A stretch of DNA of 64,000 bases from Planctomycetota bacterium (GCA_030065025.1 JASJDY010000015.1:2281-66280); one strand, 5' to 3'; positions 48,472 through 58,604 are shown, numbered from the stretch's first letter. Numbers and translations are program-made. The notes: generated by a model from the sequence alone, not told the origin.

Positions 48472-48843
48472 ATGAGCACCTTCGACGCCGGCATCACGTT
48501 CTGCTACGTACCCGATCTGCAAGCGGCGGCGCGCTTCTACGAAGAGGTGCTGGGCCTGCCCCTGGTGCTCGACCAGGGCGGGTGCCGCATCTACCGCGTC
48601 GCCGGCGAGAGCTACTTCGGCTTCTGCGAGCGCGACGTACCGCCGCAGACGGAGTCGGTGCTGCTGACGCTCGTCACGGACGACGTCGACGGCGTGCATG
48701 AGCGCCTGACGGCTGCAGGAGCCACCGTGGACCAGCCGCCGCAGGACAACGCGACCTACGGCATCTACCACGCCTTCTACCGCGACCCGGCCGGCTACCG
48801 CGTCGAGGTGCAGCGCTTCCACGATCCAGCGTGGAGCGCCTAG
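48472..48843 (+). CDS. VOC/glyoxalase-family protein.
   Basis: It is 123 aa with a glyoxalase-like fold pattern (FCYVPDLQAAARFYEEVLGL...FYRDPAGYRVEV). Confidence 0.65.
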   Translation: MSTFDAGITFCYVPDLQAAARFYEEVLGLPLVLDQGGCRIYRVAGESYFGFCERDVPPQTESVLLTLVTDDVDGVHERLTAAGATVDQPPQDNATYGIYHAFYRDPAGYRVEVQRFHDPAWSA

Positions 48844-48862
48844 CTCCGTGTAGATTCCCCCG

Positions 48863-50809
48863 ATGGCCCTGATCACCGCCAACGGCCTGCGCATGCACTT
48901 CGGGGGGCCCCTGCTGCTCGATGGCGTGAACGTCAAGGTGGAGCCGGGGGCGCGCATCGGACTCATCGGCCGCAACGGCACCGGCAAGTCCACGCTGCTC
49001 AAGCTGCTGGCCGGGCGCCTGGAGCCCACCGATGGCAGCGTAGCGCGGCAGAGCGGTGCGCGCGTGGCCTACCAGGCCCAGGAGCTGCTGTTCGAGCCCG
49101 GACGCACGGTGTTCCAGGAGATGCAGCGTGCGTTCGAGGCGGAGACGGCGCGCGAGCGCGAGCTCCGCAACCTCGAGCAGGCCCTCGCGACGGAGCAGGA
49201 TGAGCAGACGCGCGGGCGCCTCCTCCGGGAGTACGAGGCCCTGCAAGCGGAGCAGGAACAGGCGGGCGTCTACGACGTGGACCGCCGCATCGAGTCGGTG
49301 CTCAGCAGCCTTGGCCTGCCCGAGTCCGCATGGCACCAGCCAATGGACGGCTTCTCGGGCGGCGAACGCAACGTGATCGGTCTCGCCCGCGCGCTGCTCG
49401 GCGATCCGGACGTGCTGCTGCTCGACGAGCCGACGAACCACCTCGACATGGAAGGCGTGGAGTGGTTCATCGACTTCGTACGCAAGTCGAAGGCCGCCAT
49501 CCTCATGGTGAGTCACAACCGCCACCTCCTCGACGCCGTCGGCAAGGAGATCTGGGAGCTGCGTGGAGCCCGCGTCACGCCGTGGACGGGCAACTACAGC
49601 GACTTCCAGCGCCAGAAGGCCGAGGCCCTCGCGAGACAGGAGCGCCAGTACAAGGCCCAGCAGCGGCTCATCGCCCGCATCGAGTTCCAGGCGCGTCGCC
49701 TGCGGGACATGGCGAACGCCTATGACGACCCAGCCCAGGCCAAGCGCGCCAAGTCCATGCTGAAGCGCATCGAGCGCATGGACAAGGTCGAGCGCCCCGA
49801 CGACAAGGACCGCACCTTCGGTGCGTCGATGTCCGGCGGCAACCGCCACGGCCGCATCGCGCTGAGCGTCAAGGACTTCTCCTTCGCGTACGGCGAGCGC
49901 GTCCTCTTCGACAAGGCCTGTCTCGAGATCGAGTTCGGCGACCGGGTCTGCCTCGTTGGCTCGAACGGCAGCGGCAAGAGCACGCTGTTCCACGAGATCC
50001 TCGAGCACGGCGGATGGGACAACCACACGCTCCGGCTCGGCAAGTCCGTCAAGGTCGGGGACTACAGCCAGCTGCGAGAGAACCTCGATCCCGCCGAGAC
50101 GCTCGAGGACTGGGCCGTGCGCACGACGCGCCTGCCGCCCAAGCAAGCCGTGTTGCTCCTGCATCGCTTCCTGTTCACGCGCGAGGATCTGCCGCGCCCC
50201 ATCGGCTCGCTGTCCGGTGGCGAGAAGAGCCGTCTCCAGCTCGCCCGGCTGGTGCATGAGAAGGTCAACTTCCTCATGCTCGACGAGCCGACGAACCACC
50301 TCGACATCCAGGCGTGCGAACAGCTGGAGGAGATGCTGCAGGACTTCGAGGGCACGCTCTTCGTCATCAGCCACGACCGCTACTTCCTGGACAAGCTCGT
50401 GGATCGCGTCGTCGAGGTGAAGGACCGGCAGCTGGTGGACCACCCGATGCGCTTCGCGCCGTGGTGGCGTCAGAAAGTCGACTCCGGCGAGTTCGGCCGG
50501 CACACGGCACTGCGCGATCGACACACGGAAGCGGAAGGCAAGCAGGACGCGCGCAAGGCCTTCGAGGACCGCCGCACGCGCCAGCGCGAGCTGAACCGGC
50601 TACGCAACCGCTACCGCGACCTCGAGGCGCGGATCACGGAGCTGGAGGATCGCATCCGCGACATGGAGCAGCGCTTGGAAGGCGCCTACGCTCCCGGCCA
50701 CGATCCGGCGCAGGCCGAGGCGCTGCTCGGCGATCTGCAGAGCGGGCGCACGGAGCTGCAGAAGCTCTACGAGGATTGGGAGACGGTCGCGGCAGCCCTC
50801 GAGGACTGA
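48863..50809 (+). CDS. ABC-F family ATPase (two tandem ABC domains, no TM domain; EttA/Uup-like).
   Basis: It has two Walker A motifs (GRNGTGKST and GSNGSGKST), two ABC signatures (FSGGERN and LSGGEKSRL), an inter-domain linker and a C-terminal coiled coil. Confidence 0.8.
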   Translation: MALITANGLRMHFGGPLLLDGVNVKVEPGARIGLIGRNGTGKSTLLKLLAGRLEPTDGSVARQSGARVAYQAQELLFEPGRTVFQEMQRAFEAETARERELRNLEQALATEQDEQTRGRLLREYEALQAEQEQAGVYDVDRRIESVLSSLGLPESAWHQPMDGFSGGERNVIGLARALLGDPDVLLLDEPTNHLDMEGVEWFIDFVRKSKAAILMVSHNRHLLDAVGKEIWELRGARVTPWTGNYSDFQRQKAEALARQERQYKAQQRLIARIEFQARRLRDMANAYDDPAQAKRAKSMLKRIERMDKVERPDDKDRTFGASMSGGNRHGRIALSVKDFSFAYGERVLFDKACLEIEFGDRVCLVGSNGSGKSTLFHEILEHGGWDNHTLRLGKSVKVGDYSQLRENLDPAETLEDWAVRTTRLPPKQAVLLLHRFLFTREDLPRPIGSLSGGEKSRLQLARLVHEKVNFLMLDEPTNHLDIQACEQLEEMLQDFEGTLFVISHDRYFLDKLVDRVVEVKDRQLVDHPMRFAPWWRQKVDSGEFGRHTALRDRHTEAEGKQDARKAFEDRRTRQRELNRLRNRYRDLEARITELEDRIRDMEQRLEGAYAPGHDPAQAEALLGDLQSGRTELQKLYEDWETVAAALED

Positions 50810-50928
50810 GGCGCGCGCTCACGGACGGCGGGCTGGATGGGGAGCGGAGTGCCGATGAGGAGGCCGTGGCGTGGTTGACCCACGCGAGGCCGATGAAGCG
50901 GTGCGATCGCCTCCAGCCCAGCTCGCCG

Positions 50929-51885
50929 TCAGAACCACTTCCTTCGGCGGAAGGCGTACAACATCACGCCGGCGATCGCGCCCATCGACAGGAGCGTCAG
51001 CCAGAACGAGAGCGGACTGGTCAGCGGCCCGATGTCGCCGAAGTTGTTCATCCCGAAGATGCCCGCCAGCAGCGAGAGCGGCATCATCACCGTCGCGATG
51101 ATCGTGAGCGTCCGCATGATCTCGCTGAGGCGGTTGTTCACCACCGCCAGGTAGGCGTCACGTGTCACGGACAAGCCGTCACGGGCCGATTCCAGCAGCT
51201 CGAAGACGCGCAGCACGTGGTCGTAGACGTCGCGCATGTACGGCACGACCTCCGCCCGGATCGCAGCATGGGGAATGCGGCACAGCGAGCCGCACACGTC
51301 GCGCTGACTGCGCGTCACGCGCGCGAGGCCGATCACACGGCGGCGCATGCGCAGGATCGCCTCCATGCTCGACGGCGTGGGATCGCTCAGTACCCGGTCC
51401 TCGAGCTTGGTCATGTCCTCGAGGACCTCGGTCGTCAGGCTCTCGAAGCCCGCGGTCATGTGATCGATGACGACGTGGGCCAGCGCATCGGGCGAGGGGA
51501 TCAGGTGCTCGGGCGCCTGCTCGACGCGAGCCGCGATCTCGTCCATCGCGTCGGACTCCGTCGTCTGGATCGTGACGATCCACATCTTGCCCAGGAACAC
51601 AGCGATGCGGCGCGTCTGCGTGAAGGCCTTCTTGACCGGCGTGTGCACGATGAAGAAGAGGTAGTCGTCGTAGTCGTCGATCTTGGGCGGGAGGTCCTCG
51701 TCGAGCGCGTCGCGCACCGCGAGCGGATGCAGCTTCATCTGGTCGCAGAGCGCATCGATCTCTTCCTGCGTGGGCGCGATGGCCGAGATCCAGTCGGGCT
51801 CGGGTACAGCCAGTGCATCGCGCAGGGCGTCGGTTCCCTCGCGCATGAGCAGCTTGCCGTCACGCATGCTACGGACCCGGATCAT
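50929..51885 (-). CDS. corA: CorA-family Mg2+/Co2+ transporter.
   Basis: It has two C-terminal TM helices with the GMN motif (LLAGIFGMNNF) and an N-terminal cytoplasmic domain. Confidence 0.8.
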   Translation of the reverse strand: MIRVRSMRDGKLLMREGTDALRDALAVPEPDWISAIAPTQEEIDALCDQMKLHPLAVRDALDEDLPPKIDDYDDYLFFIVHTPVKKAFTQTRRIAVFLGKMWIVTIQTTESDAMDEIAARVEQAPEHLIPSPDALAHVVIDHMTAGFESLTTEVLEDMTKLEDRVLSDPTPSSMEAILRMRRRVIGLARVTRSQRDVCGSLCRIPHAAIRAEVVPYMRDVYDHVLRVFELLESARDGLSVTRDAYLAVVNNRLSEIMRTLTIIATVMMPLSLLAGIFGMNNFGDIGPLTSPLSFWLTLLSMGAIAGVMLYAFRRRKWF

Positions 51886-51930
51886 CGCTCAGCCCTCCTG
51901 CAAGGCGCGAGGATCGTACCCGACAGACCT

Positions 51931-53460
51931 TCAGGAGACGAAGTCGACGGTTCCGTCCTCAGACACGACGACGGCTAGACACGGCACTTCGCTGGCATGC
52001 ACGTAGCGCAGCGCCGAGTTGTAGCGTGCGCCGCGAGCCGGATTGGCCTTCGTCGAGGCCTGACCGTCCAGGATCACACTGAACGCGTGCACGGTGGCCG
52101 ACGGATCCGCGAGGAGCGCACCGTCGACGGCCGTCAGCGCGAGCACGCCGGCCTCGTCGATCTGCGTCGGCGTGATGCGTGCGGACTGCTGGGCGAGCCG
52201 CTGCGCCTCGGACACGGCGTTCTCCGAGATGACGAGCAACGTCCCGTGCTCCTGCCGCGTGGCGGCCTCGGCGAGGGCCCACAGCGACTCGACCTGCTCC
52301 CGCGGCAAGTCACCGAACACCCGCCCCACCAGCTCCGCGAACACATCGCGCCGGAGAGAGGCCTCGGGCAGGCGCGGATGCCCGTAGCTCACACGCATGA
52401 GCGGCCGTAGGCCGTACGCGAGCTCCCACGTGTAGTGCTGGAGGAAGCCGACGTTGAAGAGGTTGCGGTCGGGGATCGAGGACATGAGGTTCTCGTGGCC
52501 CAGACCGTAGATCGTGTTGCCGTCGCTCAGCAGGCTGTAGCCCGGCTGGTGCGTCTCGAGCAGCTTGCGCACGGCCACGTGATCGCTCATCGGCACGGGC
52601 CGCTGGAACCGGACCTTGCAGACGATGGCGTCATGCTCCGGGACCGAGATCAGGATCTGCCCGCGGCTGCTCTGCCCCTCGTAGCGCAGCGACGAGATGG
52701 TGTTGGCCGCGTGCCACAGCCCGCGCAGGTTCAGGTCGCGCTGGGCGCCGAGCGCGGGCGCGTCGGTGACGAGGCGACCCGCCGCTCGCAGGATCTCCTC
52801 CGGATCTGCATCCACCATCGAAGCCGAGAGTCCGGAGTGGTGCTCGGCCATGCCGACGATGCAGCGGCGCATGAACTGCTCGACGGTCGCGTCCAGGAGC
52901 GACTCCGGCCGGCGCTCGCGACGATCGATGTCGTTCTTGCGCAGCGCGTAGCGCGACTTCCATGCGCCGCGGTTGAGCCGCAGCACGGTGCAGACGAGGA
53001 ACTCCTTCACCGGCCTCGGCGAGGAACAGAACGAGATCACGTCACGTTCCTTGTCGCTGGCCTCGAGCGCCTCCTCCACGGCCCGCCGCCAAGCCTCGAG
53101 CACGATGGTGCGCTTGGTATCACCCTCCGGCTTCTTGCCCTCGTCCTTCTTCGCGTCCTTGTAGAGCTCCTTGCGGATGGCCTTCGCCCGGCGCGAGGCC
53201 TCGGTGAAGAGGGTCGACGACGACTCCCCGCCCTGGGTGTCGAGGAACAGCGGGTACACGCCGTCCTCGTGGTCCGCGACGAGGCCGAGCAGCAGGACCT
53301 CAGGCTGCAGTCGCGGATCGAGCTCCTCGAAGATCGCCGACGCGAGGGTCTGGATCTCCGTGCGGAAGGCCGACTGGCTGCCCCAGTGCGAGGGGATGAT
53401 GCGGCTCATCGCAGGGGCCTCCGGTGGCGCGCGCAGATTGGGAACATCGGTAGGCGACAC
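51931..53460 (-). CDS. Protein with a C-terminal diadenylate cyclase (DAC/DisA_N)-like domain carrying a variant catalytic motif (DGA present; RHR replaced by RYN) and an N-terminal domain of unknown function of about 370 aa.
   Basis: The C-terminus reads HGTLLVIS...VDGALLADPSATVHAFSVIL...ARGARYNSALRYVHASEVPCLAVVVSEDGTVDFVS. It aligns motif by motif with the DAC consensus GALIVI...DGAIII...GTRHRAA.GISE.TDA.VVVVSEETG.IS. Confidence 0.55.
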   Translation of the reverse strand: MSPTDVPNLRAPPEAPAMSRIIPSHWGSQSAFRTEIQTLASAIFEELDPRLQPEVLLLGLVADHEDGVYPLFLDTQGGESSSTLFTEASRRAKAIRKELYKDAKKDEGKKPEGDTKRTIVLEAWRRAVEEALEASDKERDVISFCSSPRPVKEFLVCTVLRLNRGAWKSRYALRKNDIDRRERRPESLLDATVEQFMRRCIVGMAEHHSGLSASMVDADPEEILRAAGRLVTDAPALGAQRDLNLRGLWHAANTISSLRYEGQSSRGQILISVPEHDAIVCKVRFQRPVPMSDHVAVRKLLETHQPGYSLLSDGNTIYGLGHENLMSSIPDRNLFNVGFLQHYTWELAYGLRPLMRVSYGHPRLPEASLRRDVFAELVGRVFGDLPREQVESLWALAEAATRQEHGTLLVISENAVSEAQRLAQQSARITPTQIDEAGVLALTAVDGALLADPSATVHAFSVILDGQASTKANPARGARYNSALRYVHASEVPCLAVVVSEDGTVDFVS

Positions 53461-53537
53461 ACGCTGCTGCGCCGCTCAGGATGGTACCGGATCGCGCACG
53501 GCTGCGGGAGGCGCGGCTCGGATCGGCGCTGGATGGG

Positions 53538-54158
53538 TCAGGCGGCCTTGCCCGGCTTCAGCCAGCCGAGGACGGTCTGCCAGAAGGTGCGGGGACCGAC
53601 CTCGTCGTCATCCTCGTCCTCGGGCTCGGGCGGCGCGACGGACAGCGTGCAACGCTCCTCGCGAACCGCCGGCACACCCGCAGGCACCTGATCGACGGGC
53701 GCCTCGGCGCGATCTTCCTCGCGCTCCCCCAGCGCCTCCTCGGGCACGGGACCGCCGCGACCGCGGAAGCGGCCCAGGAGACGGATCATCTCCTCGCGGC
53801 GACGCAGCCCCTCGGTGATCACGCGCTCGAGCACCTCACGATCCACCGGCTTGTTCAGGTAGTCGTAGGCACCGGCCTCGAGCGCGGCCGCGATGCCGTC
53901 GCTCTCGTCGACCGAGCTCAGGATGACGATGGGTGTGCGGCCCTTGAGGTAGGGCAACGCACGATCAAGCAGCTGGAAGCCGTTGAGCTTCGGCATCATC
54001 ACGTCGGTGAAGATGAGATCGAAATCGCGCTCATGGAGGCGCTCCAGTGCCTCGATGCCGTTGCCGGCCTCGATGCAGCGGTGCCCCATGTCGCTCAGTT
54101 GGCGGGCCAGCGTGTCGCGGACCGCGGATTCGTCGTCGACGACCAGGATGTGCGCCAT
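53538..54158 (-). CDS. Single-domain response regulator (CheY-like receiver) with an acidic, disordered C-terminal tail of about 85 aa.
   Basis: It reads MAHILVVDDE...DLIFTDVMMP...YLNKP, so the phospho-acceptor Asp and the conserved Lys are present. The start was set at the internal Met. The upstream part of the ORF is Ser/Arg-rich and not protein-like. Confidence 0.7.
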   Translation of the reverse strand: MAHILVVDDESAVRDTLARQLSDMGHRCIEAGNGIEALERLHERDFDLIFTDVMMPKLNGFQLLDRALPYLKGRTPIVILSSVDESDGIAAALEAGAYDYLNKPVDREVLERVITEGLRRREEMIRLLGRFRGRGGPVPEEALGEREEDRAEAPVDQVPAGVPAVREERCTLSVAPPEPEDEDDDEVGPRTFWQTVLGWLKPGKAA

Positions 54159-54276
54159 GGTTCCAGGGCCTTCGTCTTGCCTAGCCTCGCACTCCGCTAT
54201 CGACATCCCGGCGGGCCGAACCCAAGGCTGCGGCGCGAACTGTGACGAGACGCTCGCAAAGCCCTGCCAATGGGGC

Positions 54277-55242
54277 TCACTCAGGACGCGGCGGGGGTTG
54301 CCCGAGCCGCCACGGGGCCCGCTTCCAGCGCCAGAACGACAGCAGCAGCTCGGTGACGGACACGAACCGATAGGCGAACAGGTTGCGATAGCTCCGCACC
54401 TGAGGCCTGAGGAAGGACCGGACCGAGCCGTAGAAGCCGCGGCGGTAGATTCGCTGGATGGTGCGCCCGTAGTCGCCCAGCACGTCGTTCCAGACGATGC
54501 GACCGACGAAGCGGACGGTCGCCCCCGCCCCCACGACGCCGCCCTTGAGGATGTTGCCCGCGCTACGCATGGTGCCGAGAGCGACCGCGCCCGTGGTCTC
54601 GAGCAGGGAGTGGTTCGCGTCACGTGCCAGTCCGGTGAGCTCGTCCGCCAGCCCGTCGACATCCGCGGCGGCCAGCGCGGCTGCGCCGCCGGCCTTCATC
54701 TCCGCGCCGATGCCCTCGATGGTCTGCTTCATGTCCGCCACCGAGAGCGGCGGCATGTCGACGGTGTCGGACAGCTTGTCGGAGAGTCGACCGAGGCCGG
54801 ACAGCACCTCGTCGAGGGAGTCCAGCCGGGAGCCCTCTTCCATGACGCCGGCCTTCTTCAGCTCGCCGGCGAGCTCGCGCATGTACGTCTGCGCACCCTT
54901 GCTCACGTCGGAGGCCGCCAGCAGGATCCACAGGGGCGACGCGTGGAGCCCGACCATCATGAGGTTGTCGACGGCGCCGCCCACGGCCATGCGCTTGGCG
55001 GAATCTGCATCCAACGCCTGCGCTCCGGGGAAGAGGCCCGCCATGCCGACGTCGTCCGTGAGCATCTTGATCTGCCGCTCGACCGCCAGCTTGTAGAACT
55101 TGCCCTCGCGCAGCGGACGGGGCAGCAGGCGCGTGAGCGCGTGTCCCAGGAGGCCCAGGAGCGTCACCAGCCAGCGCAGCAGGCGCTCCGGCAGGGAGAG
55201 CGTGAAGGCCAGCAGGTGATGCGGGTGTAGGGGGCGTCGCAT
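54277..55242 (-). CDS. Hypothetical protein (321 aa).
   Basis: Its composition is protein-like after the chosen start MRRPLHPHHLLAF. It is co-directional with its neighbours. No family assignment was made. Confidence 0.45.
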   Translation of the reverse strand: MRRPLHPHHLLAFTLSLPERLLRWLVTLLGLLGHALTRLLPRPLREGKFYKLAVERQIKMLTDDVGMAGLFPGAQALDADSAKRMAVGGAVDNLMMVGLHASPLWILLAASDVSKGAQTYMRELAGELKKAGVMEEGSRLDSLDEVLSGLGRLSDKLSDTVDMPPLSVADMKQTIEGIGAEMKAGGAAALAAADVDGLADELTGLARDANHSLLETTGAVALGTMRSAGNILKGGVVGAGATVRFVGRIVWNDVLGDYGRTIQRIYRRGFYGSVRSFLRPQVRSYRNLFAYRFVSVTELLLSFWRWKRAPWRLGQPPPRPE

Positions 55243-55258
55243 CGGCGTGGGGCTCGTG

Positions 55259-58200
55259 CTACTCGTCGCGGCCGCTGTCGTACGGCTCGTAGCGGAAGGC
55301 CTTCTTCGCCTTCTTGGCCGCCGCGCCCTCCTCGGCCTCGTCCTCGTGGGGCATCCAGTCGGGGTCGCTGTGATCGGGGTCCATCTCGACGCGCAAGTCG
55401 ACCTCATAGGCCTTCGCGCCGACCGTGAGCACGACCTTGTACGTGCCCGGCTGCACGCGCGCACCGAAGCGGCGGCGCGGTCGCGGATTGGCTCGGAGAT
55501 TCCACGTCACGGCGTGGAGGCCGGGGCCGCCTTCGGCTTCCAGCGTGCGCACCACCGTGCCGTCGAGCTTGCGGATCTCGAGCTTCGCCGCGGGCACCCT
55601 GCCCAAGACGTAGTGGATGGTGGCGCCCGTCGGCGGGTTCTTGCCCACGAACGTGCGCGAGCGACCTCGGGAGGGCTCCGGACGCCACTGGATCGCGACG
55701 TTGGGCTTGAACAGGTGGCCCGCGCTCGTGGCCAGGACGTCCTTCGTGACCTGCCGCAGCGTCGTCACGTCCATGATCCACAGGCTGCGGCCGTGCGTTC
55801 CGGCCACGATCTCACCCGCCGTCGGGTGCTGTGCGATCTGGTGCACGGCCACCGTCGGGAGGTTGGTGTTCATGCTGGTCCAGGTCGCCCCGCGATCGAT
55901 CGAGACGTACGCCCCCATCTCCGTTCCGAGATAGAGGATGTCGGGGTTGACGATGTCCTCGCGCAGCACGCGCGTCGTACCGGCGGCGGCCGGGATGTTC
56001 GCGTGCAGCGCCTTCCAGCTCGTGCCCTTGTCCTCCGAGACGAACACCAGCGCGCGATCGTCGTCGCTGCGGTGACCGTCGAACACCAGGTACACCCGAT
56101 CGGTCGCGTGGCGCGACGGCTCGATCCAGCTCACGTAGCGGCGGTCCGACTGGATGTGCAGCAGCGAAGGCCCCTTGGGCTTGGGCGGCGGCTTGGGACG
56201 GGCCCGCTTGCCCTTCTTCGGTGCGTCCGCCGCCTTCTTCGCGTCCCCGTTGCCGCTCTCTCGCTCCGCGATGTCCGGCTTGGCTCCGCCCGCCTCGCGA
56301 GGCGTGGGATCGGGCTTCGACGGCGGGGCGTACAGGTCGATCCACGTGTGTCCGCCATCGCGGGTCATCCACACGCCGCCGTCGTCCGTGCCGACGTAGA
56401 GCAGATCCGGATTCCGCGGCGACTCCGCGAGTGCCGTGGCGCTACCGCGCTTCGTCGGCGTGATCTCGGGCGAGATCGAGCGCATACCGTTGCCCCGGTC
56501 GAGCGAGCGGAAGACGTGGTTGCCGGCTGTGTAGTAGATGCGGCTGTTGTGGTGCGAGAGGATGAACGGCGTGTACCAGTTGAAGCGGTACTGGGAACCC
56601 TTCGGCGGGCGCGGCCGCATCATCGCCCGCTCCCCCGTCCGCAGGTGACGGCGGCCGACGTTGCCGTTCTGCGACTCGAAGTAGATACGGTAGGGGTCGT
56701 GCTTGTCGACGCGCACGCGGAAGCCGTCACCTCCGCCGATGCGGATCCAGTCCTCGTTCGTCGGACCCGACGCATGTCGAACGCGGCTCGGACCACCCCA
56801 ACTGCCGTTGTCCTGCAGGCCGCCGTAGACGCGGTAGTTGCGACGGGGGCCGACGCCGACGTCGTAGAACTGTCCGATCGCGACGTGGTTCAGATGGTCG
56901 AAGTGCTTGCCGCGGTCGTAGCTGATGTACACGCCGCCGTCGTTGCCGAGGATCAGGTGCCGGCCGTTGTCCGGGTCGATCCACAGCGCGTGGTGATCCA
57001 CGTGCACGTTGCCGGGCGCACCGTCATTCGTGAACGTCTTCCCGCCGTCCTTCGACTTCCAGAGCCGGATGCCCAGCACCCAGACGTGGTTCTCGTCGCT
57101 CGGATCCACGCGCAGCTCGCTGAAGTACATGGGCCGCGGGTTGACGGTGTTGATGCGTGTCCAGGACTCGCCGCCGTCGGTCGACCGGTAGACGCCGCCG
57201 TACTCGTGGCCGTCCTTGCCCTGCTGGTCCTGCAGATTGGCGCGCTGCCCTCCGAGGAACGCGCCGAACGGACTCCGCATGCGCGCCTGCCGGCCGCCGC
57301 CCTTGGGCGCCGCGCCCTTGCGCGCCTTGGGCTGCGGACGCTTGCCGAGTGTGAGCTCGAGGAACACGCTCTTGCGCTCCCGTGAGACCTCGACCTTGAC
57401 CTTGTCCCCCGCGACGTGGCGGCGGATCCCCCGCAGCAGCTCCGTGTACGAGTGCACCGTCTCGTCGTCGATGCCGATGATGACGTCGTCCTTGCGCAGG
57501 CCCGCCTTGGCTGCCGGTCCGCCCTTGACGACGTTGGTGAGCCGCGCGCCGACGTCCGCGTTCTGCCCCGTGATGCCCATGTAGGGAGCGTTCGGCGGCT
57601 CCGTGCCGATCTTCTCGGACTCGAGCACCAGGTAGACGTGATCCGGGTTCTTGCGGAAGTACTCGATCCCGATGCGACCCAGCTTCCCAGTCGGCAGTCC
57701 GGTGGTGATGCGCTTGAAGTTCTGGCCGCCGTCCGTCGTCTTCCAGAGGCCGCTGCCGGGACCCCACTTCTTGGCCGGGTCGTTCGTGTCGAACTCGTCC
57801 CGCTGGCGCTCGTACGTCGCGATCAGCAGGGTGTCCGGATCCTGCGGGTGCATCTGGACGTCGATGACCCCGGTCTTGTCGTCCAGGTACCAGATCTTCT
57901 CCCACGTTGTGCCGCCGTCCGTCGTCTTGAAGAGACCGCGCTCGGCGTTGGGCCCCCACAGCCGTCCGAGCGCGCCCACGTAGACGATGTCCGGGTTCTT
58001 CGGATGGATGCGCACGGCGCCGATCTGGAAGCTGCCCTTCAGGCCCATGTGCTTCCACGTGGCGCCGCCGTCGGTCGACTTGTAGACGCCGTTGCCCCAC
58101 GAGACGGAGTTGCGCGGGTTGCACTCGCCGGTGCCGACCCACACGATGTTCGGGTCGGTCTGGGCTACGGCCACGTCACCGATCGACACGACGGCCTCAC

Positions 58201-58483
58201 GATCGAACTGATGCTCGAAGGTGATGCCGTTGTCGACGGTCTTGAGGAGACCGCCCGACGCCGTGGCGGCCCACCAGAGCGTCGGGTCCTTCTCGTACAC
58301 GGCGAGCGAGGTGATGCGGCCGCCCATATTCGCCGGGCCGACCGGACGCCAGGGCATGCGCTCGAGCCAGGCCTTCGGCAGCAGGCCCTGCGGCTGCTTC
58401 TTGTCGGCCTTGGGCTTCTCGTCGGCCAGGGCCGCTCCCAGGCACACGAGGACGACGAGCGAGACGGCAGCGAGACGACGCAT
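55259..58483 (-). CDS. Secreted BNR/Asp-box repeat (Sortilin/VPS10-like) beta-propeller protein with an inserted PDZ domain.
   Basis: It has a signal peptide (MRRLAAVSLVVLVCLGAALA). There are at least 8 Asp-box motifs (STDGGATW, TTDGGTTW, STDGGESW, SKDGGKTF, TRDGGHTW, SIDRGATW). The PDZ segment reads GARLTNVVKGGPAAKAGLRKDDVIIGIDDETV. Confidence 0.7.
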   Translation of the reverse strand: MRRLAAVSLVVLVCLGAALADEKPKADKKQPQGLLPKAWLERMPWRPVGPANMGGRITSLAVYEKDPTLWWAATASGGLLKTVDNGITFEHQFDREAVVSIGDVAVAQTDPNIVWVGTGECNPRNSVSWGNGVYKSTDGGATWKHMGLKGSFQIGAVRIHPKNPDIVYVGALGRLWGPNAERGLFKTTDGGTTWEKIWYLDDKTGVIDVQMHPQDPDTLLIATYERQRDEFDTNDPAKKWGPGSGLWKTTDGGQNFKRITTGLPTGKLGRIGIEYFRKNPDHVYLVLESEKIGTEPPNAPYMGITGQNADVGARLTNVVKGGPAAKAGLRKDDVIIGIDDETVHSYTELLRGIRRHVAGDKVKVEVSRERKSVFLELTLGKRPQPKARKGAAPKGGGRQARMRSPFGAFLGGQRANLQDQQGKDGHEYGGVYRSTDGGESWTRINTVNPRPMYFSELRVDPSDENHVWVLGIRLWKSKDGGKTFTNDGAPGNVHVDHHALWIDPDNGRHLILGNDGGVYISYDRGKHFDHLNHVAIGQFYDVGVGPRRNYRVYGGLQDNGSWGGPSRVRHASGPTNEDWIRIGGGDGFRVRVDKHDPYRIYFESQNGNVGRRHLRTGERAMMRPRPPKGSQYRFNWYTPFILSHHNSRIYYTAGNHVFRSLDRGNGMRSISPEITPTKRGSATALAESPRNPDLLYVGTDDGGVWMTRDGGHTWIDLYAPPSKPDPTPREAGGAKPDIAERESGNGDAKKAADAPKKGKRARPKPPPKPKGPSLLHIQSDRRYVSWIEPSRHATDRVYLVFDGHRSDDDRALVFVSEDKGTSWKALHANIPAAAGTTRVLREDIVNPDILYLGTEMGAYVSIDRGATWTSMNTNLPTVAVHQIAQHPTAGEIVAGTHGRSLWIMDVTTLRQVTKDVLATSAGHLFKPNVAIQWRPEPSRGRSRTFVGKNPPTGATIHYVLGRVPAAKLEIRKLDGTVVRTLEAEGGPGLHAVTWNLRANPRPRRRFGARVQPGTYKVVLTVGAKAYEVDLRVEMDPDHSDPDWMPHEDEAEEGAAAKKAKKAFRYEPYDSGRDE

Positions 58484-58604
58484 GGCGGGCTCCAGGTGGC
58501 GCATGGACGCAGGACCCCCCATTGCACCACCTGGCCGGCGCAGACGTCAACGCCGCCGGCCGGCCGCGTTCAGCTGGACGCGACCGGCCTACCTGACAGG
58601 GCCG

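Noticed and set aside
50810-50928. Convergent intergenic region between the ABC-F gene and corA examined for a bidirectional terminator hairpin.
   Set aside because: No clear stable GC stem followed by a T-tract could be identified by eye.
50314-51978. 554-aa plus-strand ORF overlapping the 3' end of the ABC-F gene and antisense to CorA.
   Set aside because: Its translation is Arg/Gly/Pro/Ala-rich, whereas CorA on the opposite strand has the diagnostic GMN motif.
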